From Snodgrassella communis (GTDB lineage Bacteria > Pseudomonadota > Gammaproteobacteria > Burkholderiales > Neisseriaceae), in the NCBI RefSeq assembly GCF_914768045.1, contig NZ_CAJZCD010000004.1, forward strand, positions 95,918 through 127,917: a stretch of 32,000 nucleotides of DNA. The letters are read 5' to 3'. Below the pieces are notes generated by a model that ran no database searches, had not been told where the DNA came from, and was given only the letters and a program-made list of their open reading frames with translations. The translations under genes were made by a program, and so were the position numbers. Within the stretch, counting starts at the first letter, position 1; the number at the start of each line of letters is the position of its first letter. This document shows positions 28,393-32,000 of the stretch, piece after piece.

Positions 28393-29547
28393 TCAAATTA
28401 CTTGCTTAATCTTTTCTGCAACTGTTTTAAATATTGCTGTTGGTACAGCTTCACCAATACTTTGACGAATATTCATCTCATTTTTCTTAGAAATTTTTTG
28501 TTTTTCTACTAAAGGTAAATTATTCAATGTTTCTAATGATATATCAATCCATTTAAACTGATCAGGAATAGTCATTAATTTCATTAATTCACGAATAGAA
28601 AAGACACGATCATCTATTGGATGCACAGTATTCTGACTTGCTAGTTGATCATTTCTAGTATGGATACACGGGGCAACTTTATCATAAAGTTGGCGAGTGT
28701 ATTTATCACCATTTTTGGATTTGTTAAGAATTATTTTACCATTTACAATTTTATGAGGACGTTTACTTAATTCGACATTATCAAAAGCACTTTGTCCTTG
28801 CTTAATATCTGTTATCCAAGCTCTCATATGTTCAGGGTAAACACGAAAACTATGATAAAAATCATTATTATCATATTCCCCCCAATCAAGAGATTTCATA
28901 TTGCCAATTACTTGCTCAAGAGTAACTTCATCACGTTCGTCAGGAAAAAATTGACTAGGTGAAAGTAATAAGTTTTTATCTACCCCAATTACTAAAGTTC
29001 TTGTGCGAGATGAGTTTGAACCATAGTTCTTAAAATTGATAATTCGGTGTTCAACCTGATAATTTGTTGCCAATTCAGCTAAAATTAAATCACCAATAGC
29101 AACCACTTCGCCTTGATTATTCATACAACCTGTTTTCCAAAATGCTTGGACATTTTCTAAAATAAAAAAACATGGACGAATATGCTTTATCATATTTACG
29201 CTTTCAACTACAAGACTGTTTCGCTCAATCTCATTTTCTTTTTTCTTATGGTTAGCCACGCTCATACCTTGGCAAGGAGGTGTTGCAATAACTACATCAA
29301 CACGATCATTACCTAATTTTTGCCAACGCTGGACTTCTTGATAAATGCGTTGTTTGGTTTCATCTTGTTTAATATCACCATTAATATATCCAGAATCAAA
29401 TCGACACTTTTTATTAATTTTTTGGATATTAATTCTTCTTTCAATTAACTCATTAGTTGCAATACATTCATAATCATTTAATTTAAACCCATAACATCCC
29501 ACTCCAGCAGATGAAAAAAGACTTATATATGTATGTTTTTTACTCAT
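28393..29547 (-). CDS. DNA cytosine-5 methyltransferase
   Basis: Motif I LFSSAGVGCYG, motif IV TPPCQGMS, motif VI ILENV, motif VIII SRTRTLVIG, and C-terminal IRELMKLMTIPDQF and QSIGEAVP. Confidence 0.9.
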   Translation of the reverse strand: MSKKHTYISLFSSAGVGCYGFKLNDYECIATNELIERRINIQKINKKCRFDSGYINGDIKQDETKQRIYQEVQRWQKLGNDRVDVVIATPPCQGMSVANHKKKENEIERNSLVVESVNMIKHIRPCFFILENVQAFWKTGCMNNQGEVVAIGDLILAELATNYQVEHRIINFKNYGSNSSRTRTLVIGVDKNLLLSPSQFFPDERDEVTLEQVIGNMKSLDWGEYDNNDFYHSFRVYPEHMRAWITDIKQGQSAFDNVELSKRPHKIVNGKIILNKSKNGDKYTRQLYDKVAPCIHTRNDQLASQNTVHPIDDRVFSIRELMKLMTIPDQFKWIDISLETLNNLPLVEKQKISKKNEMNIRQSIGEAVPTAIFKTVAEKIKQVI

Positions 29548-29604
29548 AAATTTCTCTTTAACATCACCTTGCTATTTTATCTTATATTTGTTTTCTTGAG
29601 AAGG

Positions 29605-30445
29605 TTTAAATACCCCATAGTTAGTACAAAACTGACGTAGAAAATAATACTGCTTGTCTCAGGATTTTATACTCAATCGGCGTCATATTATTTAGTGCTT
29701 CATAAAGTCTTTCAGTATTATAAAACGTTAGCCATTCTTCGACTACTTTCCTTGCCTGTTCCAGATCATTAAATAGATATAAATCCAATACCCCTGTACG
29801 GTACGAACGGTTAAATCGTTCAATAAAGCCATTTTGATATGGGCTGCCGGGTTTGATGTACTCTATAGTTATACCATGTGATTTTGCCCAATTAGTAAAC
29901 GTGTTTCCGGTGAATTCCGGTCCATTATCTACTCGTATTTTTAGTGGATAACCATGATATTCGGCCAGTTTATCCAGATAACAGGTAATCCTGCCAGCTG
30001 GTAAACTGACCGCAATATCAATGCCTAGTGCCTCACGATTAAAGTCATCTATCACATTGAAAGTTCTAAATCTGCGTTGATTGCGACCGCTGTCACTCAT
30101 AAAATCCATTGACCAGCATCCATCTTGTTTATTCGGTACTGATAGCCTTTCCGGGCTTCGTGGAGGAATGCGTTGTTTATGCTTTACCCTGAGATTAAGC
30201 TTTAATTCACAATACACCCGATACACACGTTTATGATTCCATTTATAGCCGAGTTTTCTGATGCGATTAAAACATTTGGGAAGCCCCAGCGTAAATGCTA
30301 TAGCACTAGAGTACTGACATAATCACTGAATCATCCTGTAACCTGAGTTGATAATAGTAAGCACAGTGGCTTAGGCCAACAATAGAGCAACTCATTGTAA
30401 TGGTAACAGGATGACTTTTAAAGCAATAATAGTGGTACAGCCAAT
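29605..30445 (-). pseudogene. Decayed, 5'-truncated IS3-family remnant related to the 24477-25670 element
   Basis: Same orientation. The terminal repeat is degenerate (TTTAAATACCCCATAGTTAGTACA). The OrfB frame 29621-30226 is about 89 percent identical at protein level to copy 1 by my count. A 1-nt deletion (gggaaagcccc becomes gggaagcccc) and a ~8-nt deletion follow upstream. Homology ends near 30445, so orfA, the slippery site and the other terminal repeat are missing. Confidence 0.8.
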
Positions 30446-30462
30446 TGAGCAATACTAGTAAC

Positions 30463-30490
30463 AAAAAAAGGATGGCTGAGCCATCCTTTT
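30463..30490. terminator. Hairpin terminator after gyrB (copy B of the bracketing hairpin)
   Basis: A7-GGATGGC-tga-GCCATCC-T4. On the minus strand the hairpin is followed by T7, 17 nt after the gyrB stop. Confidence 0.8.
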
Positions 30491-30506
30491 GGTGTGATAA
30501 GGTGAT

Positions 30507-32000
<1,494 letters not shown>

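Overview
Chromosomal segment of a moderately AT-rich proteobacterium. The zipA-ligA-galU block and an unusually long (~800 aa) LigA resemble Neisseriaceae, but I cannot assign a taxon from sequence alone. Contents, left to right: (1) About 840 bp of ORF-poor leader, then pepN (+). (2) A five-gene minus-strand iron-uptake operon behind a Fur-box-like site. It mixes Ftr-type parts (P19, cupredoxin, FTR1 permease) with Efe-type parts (M75/EfeO-like protein, DyP peroxidase EfeB). (3) A roughly 4.6 kb AT-rich, ORF-poor accessory patch with small phage-like genes, ending at a tRNA-Phe(GAA) gene. No integrase is visible. (4) The core block ampD-zipA-ligA-galU (+). (5) rtcR (-), divergent from a sigma54 (-24/-12) promoter. 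That promoter drives a complete tRNA-like cloverleaf, a three-module SPFH/band-7 protein and rtcB. There is no rtcA and no Ro/TROVE gene. (6) A ~7 kb mobile patch bracketed by two near-identical hairpins. It holds a frameshifted IS110-family transposase, an intact IS3-family element, an AT-rich cassette (m5C MTase + m6A MTase + HNH-like endonuclease, Type IIS-like) and a decayed IS3 remnant. (7) The C-terminal ~500 codons of gyrB (-), running off the window. The most interesting locus is the RtcR / tRNA-like RNA / SPFH / RtcB module at 18161-23297. As far as I know it has been predicted only by comparative genomics and has not been characterised experimentally. No CRISPR array or rRNA was seen. 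All coordinates come from hand-reading the sequence. No database search was possible.
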